Source of the DNA: Candidatus Heimdallarchaeota archaeon
GTDB lineage: Archaea > Asgardarchaeota > Heimdallarchaeia > Hodarchaeales > Hodarchaeaceae
Assembly: GCA_020353515.1 (NCBI GenBank)
Contig: CP070695.1
Coordinates: forward strand, 4,426,823-4,490,822
Reading direction: 5' to 3'
DNA: 64,000 bases
Shown here: positions 29,334 through 39,471 of the stretch, piece by piece
Layout of the letters: every line of letters begins with the position of its first letter
How positions within the stretch are numbered: the stretch's first letter is position 1
Made by a program: the position numbers and the translations under genes
The notes under the pieces: generated by a model
Database searches by the model: none
What the model was told of the DNA's origin: nothing
The model's input: the letters and a program-made list of their open reading frames with translations, nothing else

Positions 29334-29720
29334 ATGGAAATTAATTGGCATCTTATATTTGTAATAGCGGTCGTGGCTCATGGAATTGGGCACACGCTAG
29401 GGTTAATACACACATTCGGACTAATACATTTGACTGATATACCAACGAATGAATCTTGGTTATTATCCAAGCAACTTAAGTTTGACCAGACACTCATTCA
29501 GATTATTTCTCTTCTGTGGCTTGTCGTTGTGCTGGGGTTTCTTGTCGTAGCGGGAGCTTTCTGGTTTGAGTTAAGTTGGTGGAGAATTCTAGCTGTACCG
29601 ATGATTATCCTCTCGGTAGCATTATTCATAGTATGGTTTAACTCATTTCCTATTAACACACAAATAGGAGCTGCTATAGGAAATATCGTTATCATTATAG
29701 GGCTATTACAGTTCAATTAG
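29334..29720 (+). CDS. 4-TM membrane protein with HGxxH motif
   Basis: AHGIGH, SWLL, hydrophobic helices; AGGAG RBS upstream. Confidence 0.75.
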   Translation: MEINWHLIFVIAVVAHGIGHTLGLIHTFGLIHLTDIPTNESWLLSKQLKFDQTLIQIISLLWLVVVLGFLVVAGAFWFELSWWRILAVPMIILSVALFIVWFNSFPINTQIGAAIGNIVIIIGLLQFN

Positions 29721-29750
29721 TATAGAATTCCTAAGATAAGATGATGAAAT

Positions 29751-31271
29751 ATGGTAAAAACAGTAATAATAATTGGTGCTGGGATTGCAGGTCTATCTGT
29801 TGGTTGTTACTTACAAATGAATGGGTTTTCTACACAAATATATGAACAGCATAACATCCCAGGAGGTTGCGCTACTTCATGGAATAGAAAGGGATACCAT
29901 ATTGGAGGAAGTATACATGGGCTTGTTGGATCTTCTCCGAGTTCTCCGATGTATAAAATCTGGAATGAGATTGTCGATATGGAAAAGGTTGAATTTCATA
30001 ACTTTAAAAGTCGGATGCGCCTTCATTATAAGGAAAACGGAGATTTTAAACAAATAGATATTCCGTCTAACATAAATGACCTCCAAGACACCCTACTAAA
30101 CATTTCACCTGAAGATAAAAGTGCTATTGATGAATTTATTAACGCAATTCGCTATTTTCAAAAATCGGATATGTTTTCAAAAACAATAAGCAAACCCCGC
30201 GAGTTCTATAACATCTTAGATGTTGTTAAGATGATCCCCCAGTTACCTACCCTTCGTTTCATGAAAAAGTGGTACAAACTTACGGCTAACCAGTATTCGA
30301 AACATTTTTCTAATCCTATTTTACAAAAAATCGTAAAGAATCTCTCTTCTCCAATATTATTTGAAATTCTTGTCCTTGCTGAGATGGATAGAAGAAATTC
30401 TGGATTTCCAATCGAAGGCGCCCTAGAATTTAGCAAAATGATCGAGAAGACATATTTAGAATTAGGTGGGAAAATATTTTACAACAAAAGAGTGGTGGAA
30501 ATTAATGTATCAACATTTCCTCATTCAAAACAAGATTTTGTTACTGGAATTTCTTTACAGAATGGAGAAACCATTAATGTCGATATTGTTATTTCCGCAA
30601 TGGATGGAAAAACCATCATCTATAAAATGTTGAATGGAAAATATCTGAATAATGATATAAAAGAAACTTATGGAAAAACTAAATTAAATCCGTCAAGGAT
30701 TTTTATCTCTCTTGGATTAACAAAACGAATTACGTCTGGGTCAGGAGTTGACAGGATTTTACTAGAAAAACCACTTTTGCTGCCAGATGGAACTGAAATT
30801 AAGGCAATTGATATTCGAATATTTGATTTCAATAGTTTTGCGCCAGAAGGAAAAACCTTGGTAAATGTAGAATTCTCAACACATGAATATGCCTATTGGG
30901 CTGAATTACGTGAGAAAGATAGAGAAATTTACAAAAAGAAAAAACAAATAATAGTAGATACAGTCATTGAAAACATGGAAAAGGTTTTTGGTGAAATAAT
31001 ACAACATGTTGATATGGTAGATGTTGCCACTCCCGCAACTTTCCATAGATATACTAGTAATTGGAAAGGGTCAATTCAAGGTTGGGATAATGAAAACATT
31101 TTTTCACGGAAATTTATTAAAAAAGAGTTACCAAACCTAAAGAATTTCTACATGACTGGACAATGGGTGCAACCTGGAGGAGGAGTCCCAGCAGTTTTTC
31201 TTAATGGCCGAGATTTAGCGAAAATTATCTGTAAACGGGAAAATCAAGAATTTTCCGTTTTTACCTCCTAA
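29751..31271 (+). CDS. Phytoene dehydrogenase-like NAD(P)/FAD-dependent oxidoreductase
   Basis: IIGAGIAGL, EQHNIPGGCATSWNRKGY, VATPATFHRYT, GQWVQPGGGVP. Confidence 0.9.
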   Translation: MVKTVIIIGAGIAGLSVGCYLQMNGFSTQIYEQHNIPGGCATSWNRKGYHIGGSIHGLVGSSPSSPMYKIWNEIVDMEKVEFHNFKSRMRLHYKENGDFKQIDIPSNINDLQDTLLNISPEDKSAIDEFINAIRYFQKSDMFSKTISKPREFYNILDVVKMIPQLPTLRFMKKWYKLTANQYSKHFSNPILQKIVKNLSSPILFEILVLAEMDRRNSGFPIEGALEFSKMIEKTYLELGGKIFYNKRVVEINVSTFPHSKQDFVTGISLQNGETINVDIVISAMDGKTIIYKMLNGKYLNNDIKETYGKTKLNPSRIFISLGLTKRITSGSGVDRILLEKPLLLPDGTEIKAIDIRIFDFNSFAPEGKTLVNVEFSTHEYAYWAELREKDREIYKKKKQIIVDTVIENMEKVFGEIIQHVDMVDVATPATFHRYTSNWKGSIQGWDNENIFSRKFIKKELPNLKNFYMTGQWVQPGGGVPAVFLNGRDLAKIICKRENQEFSVFTS

Positions 31272-31333
31272 TCTTTTGGTTCCTTCCTTTTTTTAGATAA
31301 AATAACAAAGAGAAATGGAACATAAGATCTACT

Positions 31334-32248
31334 TCATAGAATCAGAAAAATGGCTCCAATTACTATGAGTATCATACCAGGTAACCGTTCTTTAATTTCC
31401 TCTTTTAAAATTAATCTAGCTAGGAAGGCAGTTACAAAAACTGATAATAAGGATGCGGGTTCCGCGACTGTTACTTCTAATCCTGCGATAGCAATAAGCA
31501 GCATAACATAAGCCCATCCATTAGCAATACCAGCGAAAATAACAGTCTTGAGATTGTTTTTCAAGGCAAGAAAACCATCAGAATATCGTCTGGTAAAGCA
31601 TGCAATTAGGAAGAAAAATACTCCAGCAAAAAATAGAATGGAGAAAGCATACACTCTTGAATCAATCGTTCTTATAGCATAAGTATCAATTATCCGTCCA
31701 AGTGCTAAGAAGAACGACCCCCCTATCATCAATAGAGATGCCCTTGATGCCTTAATCTTCTGGATTTTTTCAGCAATTTTACCAGGATATAGGAAAAAAA
31801 CCCCAATGAACATTGAAATCCCTCCTAATACTCGAAATACTCCGATATTCTCATCAAGAAAAATGATACTCAATATTAATAACCAGAGTAGAGAGGAATT
31901 ATAGAGAGGAGCAATTAATGAAGCGTCCTCTTCTGATAATGCTTTCACATAAGCAAAAAAGCCAAAAGTGTAAACAATTGAACTGATAAAGGCAAGTTGT
32001 AAATCTTCTAACCCTGTGAAAAGTGTTTCTTTAGGAATCACGAGAAGGATTGGGAATAAGAATAAGGATCCTGTTAAGAAAAATAAAGTACTGATTATCA
32101 CTGAATCGTAATCTTCAAGTTGTTTTAAGAAGATCCTTTCAGAACCTAACAAGAATATTCGTAAGAATAGAGCGAAAAAAGCAATAATAATCAGATCCAA
32201 GTGATTAAATCTCCTAATGTTATCAGTACAATTGCATAATATCAACAA
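31334..32248 (-). CDS. EamA/DMT family transporter
   Basis: Two EamA repeats, about 10 TM; start likely downstream of the annotated one. Confidence 0.88.
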   Translation of the reverse strand: MLILCNCTDNIRRFNHLDLIIIAFFALFLRIFLLGSERIFLKQLEDYDSVIISTLFFLTGSLFLFPILLVIPKETLFTGLEDLQLAFISSIVYTFGFFAYVKALSEEDASLIAPLYNSSLLWLLILSIIFLDENIGVFRVLGGISMFIGVFFLYPGKIAEKIQKIKASRASLLMIGGSFFLALGRIIDTYAIRTIDSRVYAFSILFFAGVFFFLIACFTRRYSDGFLALKNNLKTVIFAGIANGWAYVMLLIAIAGLEVTVAEPASLLSVFVTAFLARLILKEEIKERLPGMILIVIGAIFLIL

Positions 32249-32271
32249 TCTTAAATTGGGAAAAGAAAATC

Positions 32272-32300
32272 GGTTGCATATGCAACTACATTATAAAAAT
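32272..32300 (+). promoter_or_regulatory. Palindrome plus TATA-like box, copy 1
   Basis: GGTTGCATATGCAACT-N3-TTATAAAA. Confidence 0.6.
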
Positions 32301-32451
32301 ACGGTTCCTGTTTCCAAATATTTCATGGAGGAGAGTAGTGACTAGTTAAATCAAGAAGAAATAACTATTTGGATTTTATTTATATTTCGTCTCGTATGCA
32401 CCAGGACAAGGATTTAAATTCAGTATTGCGATAATTAAATATTACTAAGGT

Positions 32452-33141
32452 TCAATTCTCTACCGAACTCTTTTTTAGTAAAAGATAGGGCATCAGCGAC
32501 GTAAGTAACTTGTTTTCTGCTTTTCTTAATGTTTTTTCCACCGCATACCTCGAAACCTTAAATTCTCCAGCTAGGTCTTGTGTTCTAATCCTTCTTGGTA
32601 TTTCATAGTATCCCTGTTCAAACGCTCTAATTAGAATTAATAGTTGATGTTCCGTTAAATCACTGGTAAATTCCGTTATGGAAATCATCTGAGAAGGGAA
32701 AATCCCATTAGATTCTAATTCCTTTATTGAATTAATCTTTGTTTCTGGATAGGTTTGCAAGACTCGTACTACAGAGGATAATATGGAATTATCCAAACAT
32801 ACGATTTGATAATGGCTCCACCCTTTAGAAAATCGGATCGGATAAATTGATATACCTCCCTGTTGTTGTATCTGGGAGTTAATCGTTTTATCGCAAAGGC
32901 ATTTCATACTAATATATGAAATCGTGGTTGGATTACTCTCTATAGTCGTAATTTTCCAGCCCTGTGTACTTGGATAAAATTCCTTTGCTTCTTCTAGATT
33001 TTGCCCATTGAGCTTACTTGGAATCATCAATATATCAAATTTTGAATTGCAATAACCATAAAGGTCTTTATCTAGGAAGGATCTTGAAAAATTAAGGTGA
33101 GGAGAATCGTGTCGAATTTGAATCCTGAGTTCACTTACCAT
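32452..33141 (-). CDS. HTH_10 (bacterio-opsin activator-type) transcriptional regulator
   Basis: LTEHQ...AFEQGYYEIPRRIRTQDLA...VSRYAVEKTLRKAENKL. Confidence 0.9.
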   Translation of the reverse strand: MVSELRIQIRHDSPHLNFSRSFLDKDLYGYCNSKFDILMIPSKLNGQNLEEAKEFYPSTQGWKITTIESNPTTISYISMKCLCDKTINSQIQQQGGISIYPIRFSKGWSHYQIVCLDNSILSSVVRVLQTYPETKINSIKELESNGIFPSQMISITEFTSDLTEHQLLILIRAFEQGYYEIPRRIRTQDLAGEFKVSRYAVEKTLRKAENKLLTSLMPYLLLKKSSVEN

Positions 33142-33256
33142 AATTCAATCACTATTTCAATTAATACAGGTTAATTCAAAAACCATGTGAAAGAGGCAAA
33201 AATACCTTTCTAAAACTCTTGGGGAATAATCACTTAGCTTAATTTGAAAAAAGAAT

Positions 33257-33285
33257 GGTTGCTTATGCAACCCAAATATAAAATA
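33257..33285 (+). promoter_or_regulatory. Palindrome plus TATA-like box, copy 2
   Basis: GGTTGCTTATGCAACC-N3-ATATAAAA. Confidence 0.6.
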
Positions 33286-33444
33286 GTCCAAGGTAGCTGG
33301 ATTAGTTGCAGGAATCATTTTCTTAATAAAAGGACTCTAAATCCCTTCGCCACTATGAAATTGATGAGATTTTCCATTTTTGAGAGGACATTTTATTTTT
33401 ATGAAAGTTATAAGATAATAATTGAATTTATGTGGTAAATACTG

Positions 33445-34602
33445 ATGAAGATAGATTTTAAATATTGTTTAATAGCTTTTATTATCTGTACAGCTTCTCT
33501 TGCCCCCTTGAACATCATTACTAGTTCTAATTATCAACTTACTGATATAAATATGCTACTTGAAGAAATCGGTCAGGTTAATACTCCTGGAATGGCGAGA
33601 GACGTCATCATTAGAAATAACATTGCCTTTATAGCAGATATGGGGAATATGACATCAACATATGGAGGACTTCTGATCTGTAATATCAGTGATCCAACAC
33701 ATCCGACAATCTTAGGACATTTCTATGATGGAGGAAGGGCACATCAAATCTTTGTTGAAGAAGATCTTGTATTTGTTGCGGATAATACAGGTGGATTGGA
33801 AATTTTGAATATAAGTGATTTAACTGATCCTGTGAAAATAGCAGAATTTGAGGGAGTCATTAATGGAGTTTATAAAGTAGATCAGCTTCTTTACTTATCA
33901 GATTACTACGAAGGATTGATTATAGTAGATGTCACCAATTTAACTCACCCCTTGGAGATAGCTAGTTATTCAGACTTGGAACATCCAAGATTAAATCTAA
34001 TTGATGATAATCTCGCTTATGTTGGAGATGCAAATGGGCTAAAAGTCTTAGACATTACAACTCCTAAAAATATAACAGAAGTAATGAGTACCAATTTAGA
34101 TCATTTTGTGTTTTCATTTCAGATTGTCGGGGACTTGGGATATATGGCTTGTAGTCGTTCAATCTACGAACCTAGTGAGGGTTTAAAAATTTGGAACTGT
34201 ACTAACCCCTTGGATATTTCGTTGATCAGTAGTTTTTATGATGGTGGGAGAGCGATAGACCTACATATTTCAGAGGATTATGTTATTGTTTGCGACTACA
34301 ATGATGGATTGGAAGTAATAAATGTGAGTGATCCATTTACTCCCAATGAGATGACTCAATATTATGATGGAGGGAATGCTACCGCAGTTCAAGTTGTTGA
34401 TAATCTTATTTATGTAGCAGATGGCCAAGATGGATTAGAAATCATTAGAATGACGTTTACTACTCCTACAACAATTAGTTCTCAACATATGACCGAAACT
34501 ACCACCTCAGCTTCTACAACAAGTGCTTCAATAGGATTTACTTTAGGGCCAATCCTGTTTATGATGAGTATTCTTTTTGTATTTCTTAGAAAAAAAAGAT
34601 GA
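33445..34602 (+). CDS. LVIVD-repeat (beta-propeller) surface protein
   Basis: Repeated YVAD-x-x-xGLxIxxVSDP units; signal peptide; T-rich linker, GF-TM and RKKR. Confidence 0.88.
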   Translation: MKIDFKYCLIAFIICTASLAPLNIITSSNYQLTDINMLLEEIGQVNTPGMARDVIIRNNIAFIADMGNMTSTYGGLLICNISDPTHPTILGHFYDGGRAHQIFVEEDLVFVADNTGGLEILNISDLTDPVKIAEFEGVINGVYKVDQLLYLSDYYEGLIIVDVTNLTHPLEIASYSDLEHPRLNLIDDNLAYVGDANGLKVLDITTPKNITEVMSTNLDHFVFSFQIVGDLGYMACSRSIYEPSEGLKIWNCTNPLDISLISSFYDGGRAIDLHISEDYVIVCDYNDGLEVINVSDPFTPNEMTQYYDGGNATAVQVVDNLIYVADGQDGLEIIRMTFTTPTTISSQHMTETTTSASTTSASIGFTLGPILFMMSILFVFLRKKR

Positions 34603-34916
34603 AGAGGATCCACTACTATATTGTCTTGATGGTCAATACGATAGGTTTTGGTAACACCAGCAATATCTTGGATGAGATCAATATTTTCAAATAAAAAATA
34701 CATGCGGAGCATATTGAATACTTAAAGGATCTACTAGTGAAGGGTGTATTAATCATGGCTGGTTCCACGTTAGATGATGGTGGAGGCTAAATTATCTTGA
34801 ATACAACTTCTGAAGACACTGCACGGGACATTATGTCCAAAGATCCCTTTGTATCATCGGGAATCATGAAATCTATCTATCATCCCTTTAGGGTTTCTCT
34901 TATCAATTGTCCTTAA
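34599..34916 (+). pseudogene. YCII-related protein pseudogene
   Basis: Frame from ATG overlapping the upstream stop: ...IFK*KIHAEHIEYLKDLLVKGVLIMAGSTLDDGGG*IILNTTSEDTARDIMSKDPFVSSG...HPF; two in-frame TAA. Confidence 0.8.
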
Positions 34917-34930
34917 AATTTTTATAATAT

Positions 34931-35716
34931 TCAATCTGGGAGTGGATCCCACATTCGAAAAGCATACGGAGCGAACGTCATGGGATCGGTTTCGGCTAGT
35001 ACAGTGACTTCTTCCATTGTACTATTACCAACGGAGTAAGTAGCACCAAGAACTTTCACAACTTCGACTTCAGCCCATGGATCATGTTGAGATTCCGTTA
35101 AGGTGACCTTTGCCTCACCAACCTCAAGTGTTTGGAAATTTACCGAGATAAATTGTCTGATTAGATGAAATGAAGGTTGTAGTGTTGTTTCAATCGGTTT
35201 TTGACCATGTAGGAAATTAAATACAATCATTCCCCCTGCTTCAGTTATCAAATCTGCAAATACCTGGGCTTTTTCGGTCATTGCTCCAGTTAAAATCGCT
35301 TGAATCTCGATAAAGCGGATTCCGTGACGTTCTGCCCAACCAAGAACATTTTGACCATCCTTATTCAACTGAATCTGGGCAATTTTCTTAGGGTATCCAC
35401 CGAGTTCACGGCCTCCAGCCATCGCTAAGTCATTCGTAACTGGCATAGCAAGACAATAGAATCCAGGCTCCCCATTGAATAAAGCTCCCAAGAAAAGAGC
35501 ACTTTCATAATAAGGTAGTCCAAAATTCGTTTTGGGGTAATTAGCAACGAAGGCAAATACTAGCGGATCTTGCATCGGTTCTAATGGAGGAGGAAGAAGT
35601 TTCTGGACAATTTCTTCCTTTGTCAGCCATAATACAGACAACATCTCTGCATTATAGAAAGTGGGTCTTAAGGACATAAAACGGTTAATGTCTTCAAAAG
35701 GCCAAATAAAACTCAT
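34931..35716 (-). CDS. Acetoacetate decarboxylase family protein
   Basis: LLPPPLEP, YYESAL, GGRELGGYPKK (Schiff-base Lys motif), DPWAEV. Confidence 0.88.
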   Translation of the reverse strand: MSFIWPFEDINRFMSLRPTFYNAEMLSVLWLTKEEIVQKLLPPPLEPMQDPLVFAFVANYPKTNFGLPYYESALFLGALFNGEPGFYCLAMPVTNDLAMAGGRELGGYPKKIAQIQLNKDGQNVLGWAERHGIRFIEIQAILTGAMTEKAQVFADLITEAGGMIVFNFLHGQKPIETTLQPSFHLIRQFISVNFQTLEVGEAKVTLTESQHDPWAEVEVVKVLGATYSVGNSTMEEVTVLAETDPMTFAPYAFRMWDPLPD

Positions 35717-35931
35717 GATTTTTTCATCCTTCTAATTAAACTCTTTATATTCCCCTTTTCTTCTATATTAATCTTTTCTCAATTACAATCTTAGTCCTTT
35801 AAAATTTACATCCATACCTCTTTAGTTACTCATTTTTCTTATTGATCCAATTCTGATACAGTTTGCTCTAAAATATAGAATTATAAAACAACAAAAAATT
35901 TTCCTGTGTAATCAAGGTATGTGAATGTAAA

Positions 35932-36681
35932 ATGAATGGGTCATTGATGAAGTATAATATTGTAGCAATTATCGCTGGAATAGGGTTTACATTGGTTATA
36001 GTAGGAGCAATAGTTATTATCCCTGATCTTCTCGTCAATATTCCAACAGAGCCTAATGGAAACAATGGTAATCATAATGGTGATAAATTTACAATTGGAT
36101 CTCGTATTGCTTCCTATATCGAGTCGAGATCCTCCGATATTCTCTTTACTTGGAGTTACAACAATTCAATTGTTAATGTCAACTTTACTTACCAAGTAGG
36201 AGATTATGTTGATGGAGTTCTTACTTATGGGTCGCACATTAATGGGTCGGTAGCAAATGTCTCTTTAGTGGGAGTTTTTGGATCACAAACAGAAGAGATC
36301 TCGTCTTCAACCCTTGATTCGATTTTTACTAAATTTGAAATCGCCATAGAGGATCTTAATGAAACATCAGACACAATAACAGGTCTAGGAGACATAACTC
36401 CATGTCCACCAACGTTTGTTTGGGATATCGCATTTAACGATAATACATCCATTAGCCTTATGTATTCCAAAGATCAACATGTTCTTGCAGCTATTAATGG
36501 AACATGGACTGCCTCAGAATATGGATTATCTGGAGAAGACATTATAGAATTTCCCCAATTTGAATATGAATATCATAGTCAAGAAGTTCCTTTACCATTT
36601 TTGATACTGGATGAAACTGCAGAACAACATGTCCTTGACGCTGTAAATACGTATGTTGACTTGGTTTCAGGACCTTTTTAG
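35932..36681 (+). CDS. Hypothetical protein with N-terminal membrane anchor
   Basis: N-terminal TM followed by an acidic domain with N-x-S/T sequons. Confidence 0.7.
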   Translation: MNGSLMKYNIVAIIAGIGFTLVIVGAIVIIPDLLVNIPTEPNGNNGNHNGDKFTIGSRIASYIESRSSDILFTWSYNNSIVNVNFTYQVGDYVDGVLTYGSHINGSVANVSLVGVFGSQTEEISSSTLDSIFTKFEIAIEDLNETSDTITGLGDITPCPPTFVWDIAFNDNTSISLMYSKDQHVLAAINGTWTASEYGLSGEDIIEFPQFEYEYHSQEVPLPFLILDETAEQHVLDAVNTYVDLVSGPF

Positions 36682-36712
36682 AAGATGGACAGTACTATGG
36701 TTGTGGTAATAG

Positions 36713-37207
36713 ATGACTAAACAAGATTTTTATAACTTAGATTCCCATAAAAACATGTCTAAAACTATAAGTTCAGGATATCAAGAGAACCTGCAAGGAA
36801 AAACTCTAAGGATTTATAGTTATTTACTGACGCACACTGAAGCAGGTATAAGAGAGCTTCAAAGAAACTTAGGGCTTTCAAGCTCAAACGTCGTCACTCA
36901 TCACATTAAGAAATTGATAGAATATGGATTAATAAAACAAAATTCTGAGACCAACAAATATATAGTAGTAAAAGAGGTAAAAATAGGTGTATTATCGCTG
37001 TATACTCGCTTTGGGAGATATTTAATTCCCAAAAACCTTTTTCTTCTCACATTCTTCTGTACAATGACCTTAATGTATATAGCTTTGATTATTGTTCCAA
37101 ATGGAATTCTTACACATGGTGATCTCTTCTTTTTGAGTTCTACAATCGTTGGTGTAATATTCCTCATAAAAAGTTCTTATGACATCTGGCGACTTAAACC
37201 ACTATGA
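36713..37207 (+). CDS. Membrane-tethered winged-HTH regulator
   Basis: LQGKTLRIYSYLL...GIRELQRNLGLSSSNVVTHHIKKL plus two C-terminal TM. Confidence 0.82.
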   Translation: MTKQDFYNLDSHKNMSKTISSGYQENLQGKTLRIYSYLLTHTEAGIRELQRNLGLSSSNVVTHHIKKLIEYGLIKQNSETNKYIVVKEVKIGVLSLYTRFGRYLIPKNLFLLTFFCTMTLMYIALIIVPNGILTHGDLFFLSSTIVGVIFLIKSSYDIWRLKPL

Positions 37208-37271
37208 CAAGTTCGTTACCACAAGAGGGAGGTTGACGATTAATCATAATCAATTATTACTTCATTCAATG

Positions 37272-38996
37272 TTAAAAGAAACCTCCCAGAGTGAAAGTAT
37301 CTGCAATGATCCAAGCGATGATCAAAGCATTGAAAAGCGCTCCTGGACCAATGGAACGAGTTAATCGATAAAACCAGTCAGTAAAAAATGAAGAAATGAT
37401 GATAATAGGAATAACACCCCACATAAACTCTAGGATAAGTCCCAAAAATCCTGGAATAATCTTTAGATCAAATAAAAATAATGGACCATACAATATCACG
37501 ATAAGAAACGCAAAAAGAACAATTTTACTTCCCATAATCTTGAAAAATTGTACTACTGCTGATTTTACATCTTCTCCTTCTTTCTGATTATAATATTCAT
37601 AGAAAAACAGACCATCCGCAAAAAAATTGACGAATAAAAATGGGATGAAAACGAAAAAGAGGAACAAACGCGGGATCGGTAATAAATCTCCAAATAAAGG
37701 AGTCAGAACTTGGAAATTGATATTGAGAATGATCTTCAAAGACATGCTTGAAACATATATGATAACAATTAAGATCGCAACAATCAATGTCTCTTGTTTG
37801 TTAAACGAGTTTATTACATCTCTTCTAATATCTGGGACAACTTCAGTAAATTTAGGTAAGATAAATTTAAGTAACAACAATCCTAAGATTCCCCATACAA
37901 ACAACCACCAAATGATTGAAGTTCCAAATAGTAAGGGAGGAATGAAAAAACCTATTATCATCATTGGGAGAAACAGAATGGCCCCCATAAAACCCCAAAG
38001 ATGTAGTATTTTCCAATTTTTATGAAATGTTCTTCCACCCCAACTTTCTCCCTTTTTTTGGGGAATATCAAATAAATTATATAACAATGCAGAAAAACTA
38101 CAAAGAAAACCAATAAAAGCGATAAAACAACCAATAATCAAAAGATCTCTTACAAGAAAAAGAAAATCAGTAGAAGAGATTAGGTTTTGAGTTGGAGGAT
38201 TGAGAGCTAAACTCATCCAATGGACAATTTCAGCCACAATTGAGGGATCAAATGCCTCAGCAAGATGGATAGTCGGTGTTAAGACAAGTTTCCGAGCAGT
38301 ATTTGAAGAGAAATCTCCATACTGAATATTTGGTTCAACAACCTCACTAGTGTTAAATACTGGAGCTAAATCATCTCTTAATGAGGGTATATCAAATAAA
38401 ATATCTTGCTTACCTACAGCAATTAGTAGATTTTTGGGAAATGTAGCATTAAGGTTACCATAAGCCATATCCTCAACCATTTCTCCCAATCCCCCACCAA
38501 TTAGAACTGTTGCAGAGATATTACCATGAGCTGCACTTGTACTACGCACTGCCCCTGCTCCAAGACTGTGACCAATAAGGCCAATAGAGGAGCTATTCAC
38601 ATAAGAGAGCGATTCAATATATCTAACTGCCGATAGAATTCCTAAAGTAGGATCACTCGCAAACCCAAAAGTCCCTCCAGAATTACCATGACCAATTTCA
38701 TCCACAGCCAACGAAAGAATTCCTCTTCGACTGAGTTCCAATGCGATCCCACTCATGTATTCCTTAGAGCTCGCAATTCCATGTGTCAGAATGACTGCAG
38801 GGTGGGGAGCCATAGGAGAAGCACTTTTTGGTTTATACAGTAATCCACTAAGTTGAATTTCAGCATGAGCTATAGAAACCAATTTTACATCCACGGTTCC
38901 AAAATTAGAATTCAATAAACCAGCAGTAACCATACCAATTGTAAAGATAAGAAAAAAGATTACAGAAAAGAACAATGCTTTTCGATTAAGAGACAT
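37272..38996 (-). CDS. Alpha/beta hydrolase with multi-pass membrane C-terminal domain
   Basis: HGIAS, GHGNSGG, GHSLG nucleophile motif; about 8 C-terminal TM. Confidence 0.85.
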   Translation of the reverse strand: MSLNRKALFFSVIFFLIFTIGMVTAGLLNSNFGTVDVKLVSIAHAEIQLSGLLYKPKSASPMAPHPAVILTHGIASSKEYMSGIALELSRRGILSLAVDEIGHGNSGGTFGFASDPTLGILSAVRYIESLSYVNSSSIGLIGHSLGAGAVRSTSAAHGNISATVLIGGGLGEMVEDMAYGNLNATFPKNLLIAVGKQDILFDIPSLRDDLAPVFNTSEVVEPNIQYGDFSSNTARKLVLTPTIHLAEAFDPSIVAEIVHWMSLALNPPTQNLISSTDFLFLVRDLLIIGCFIAFIGFLCSFSALLYNLFDIPQKKGESWGGRTFHKNWKILHLWGFMGAILFLPMMIIGFFIPPLLFGTSIIWWLFVWGILGLLLLKFILPKFTEVVPDIRRDVINSFNKQETLIVAILIVIIYVSSMSLKIILNINFQVLTPLFGDLLPIPRLFLFFVFIPFLFVNFFADGLFFYEYYNQKEGEDVKSAVVQFFKIMGSKIVLFAFLIVILYGPLFLFDLKIIPGFLGLILEFMWGVIPIIIISSFFTDWFYRLTRSIGPGALFNALIIAWIIADTFTLGGFF

Positions 38997-39052
38997 TTTA
39001 GGGACTCCTGCTTCGTGGGCTTCGTGAATTCACTTTACCCTGCATATTATTT

Positions 39053-39471
39053 ATGCTTTTATTGGTTATACCGAGATATTCTCTCAACTACATAGAAGTA
39101 AACGTACCCTCTGAACCACACCCTGCAAATGCAATGTGGATAGAACCGTCGATTGTACTGCAGATATTGGCGACAAATTTAATGTTACCGTCTTTGCAAA
39201 TGTCACCCTGAATAGTTTTGCATGGCAAGTAAAATTATTATTTAATTCAACATTTTTTAGAACTACAAAAATTGGTTACACAAGTGATGATAAAAGTGAT
39301 TTCTTTTCTGAATACTCCCCAATGCCTGTAACTCCAAGAATTAACAACGAAGAGGATTATATTCTCCACGGGGAGTCGCTACTTGGCAATGATGAAAAAG
39401 CGCCTGGATTTGGAAGCTTAATATGGATTGAACTTTTGGGAAAAGAAAAAAGAGAAAGAAAGGATTATTGA
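39053..39471 (+). pseudogene. Frameshifted, truncated cohesin-like surface-protein domain
   Basis: One frame from ATG 39053 gives ...EPHPANAMWIEPSIV; it continues in another frame as TADIGDKFNVTVFANV...FAWQVKLLFN...GFGSLIWIE and ends abruptly at the convergent ABC gene. Confidence 0.65.

Noticed and set aside
29751-31271. Carotenoid biosynthesis cluster (crtI)
   Set aside because: No phytoene synthase or cyclase nearby; belongs to the broad phytoene-dehydrogenase-like family
33244-33438. 64-aa ORF upstream of the LVIVD gene
   Set aside because: TTG start, overlaps the palindrome/TATA element, no motif; likely spurious
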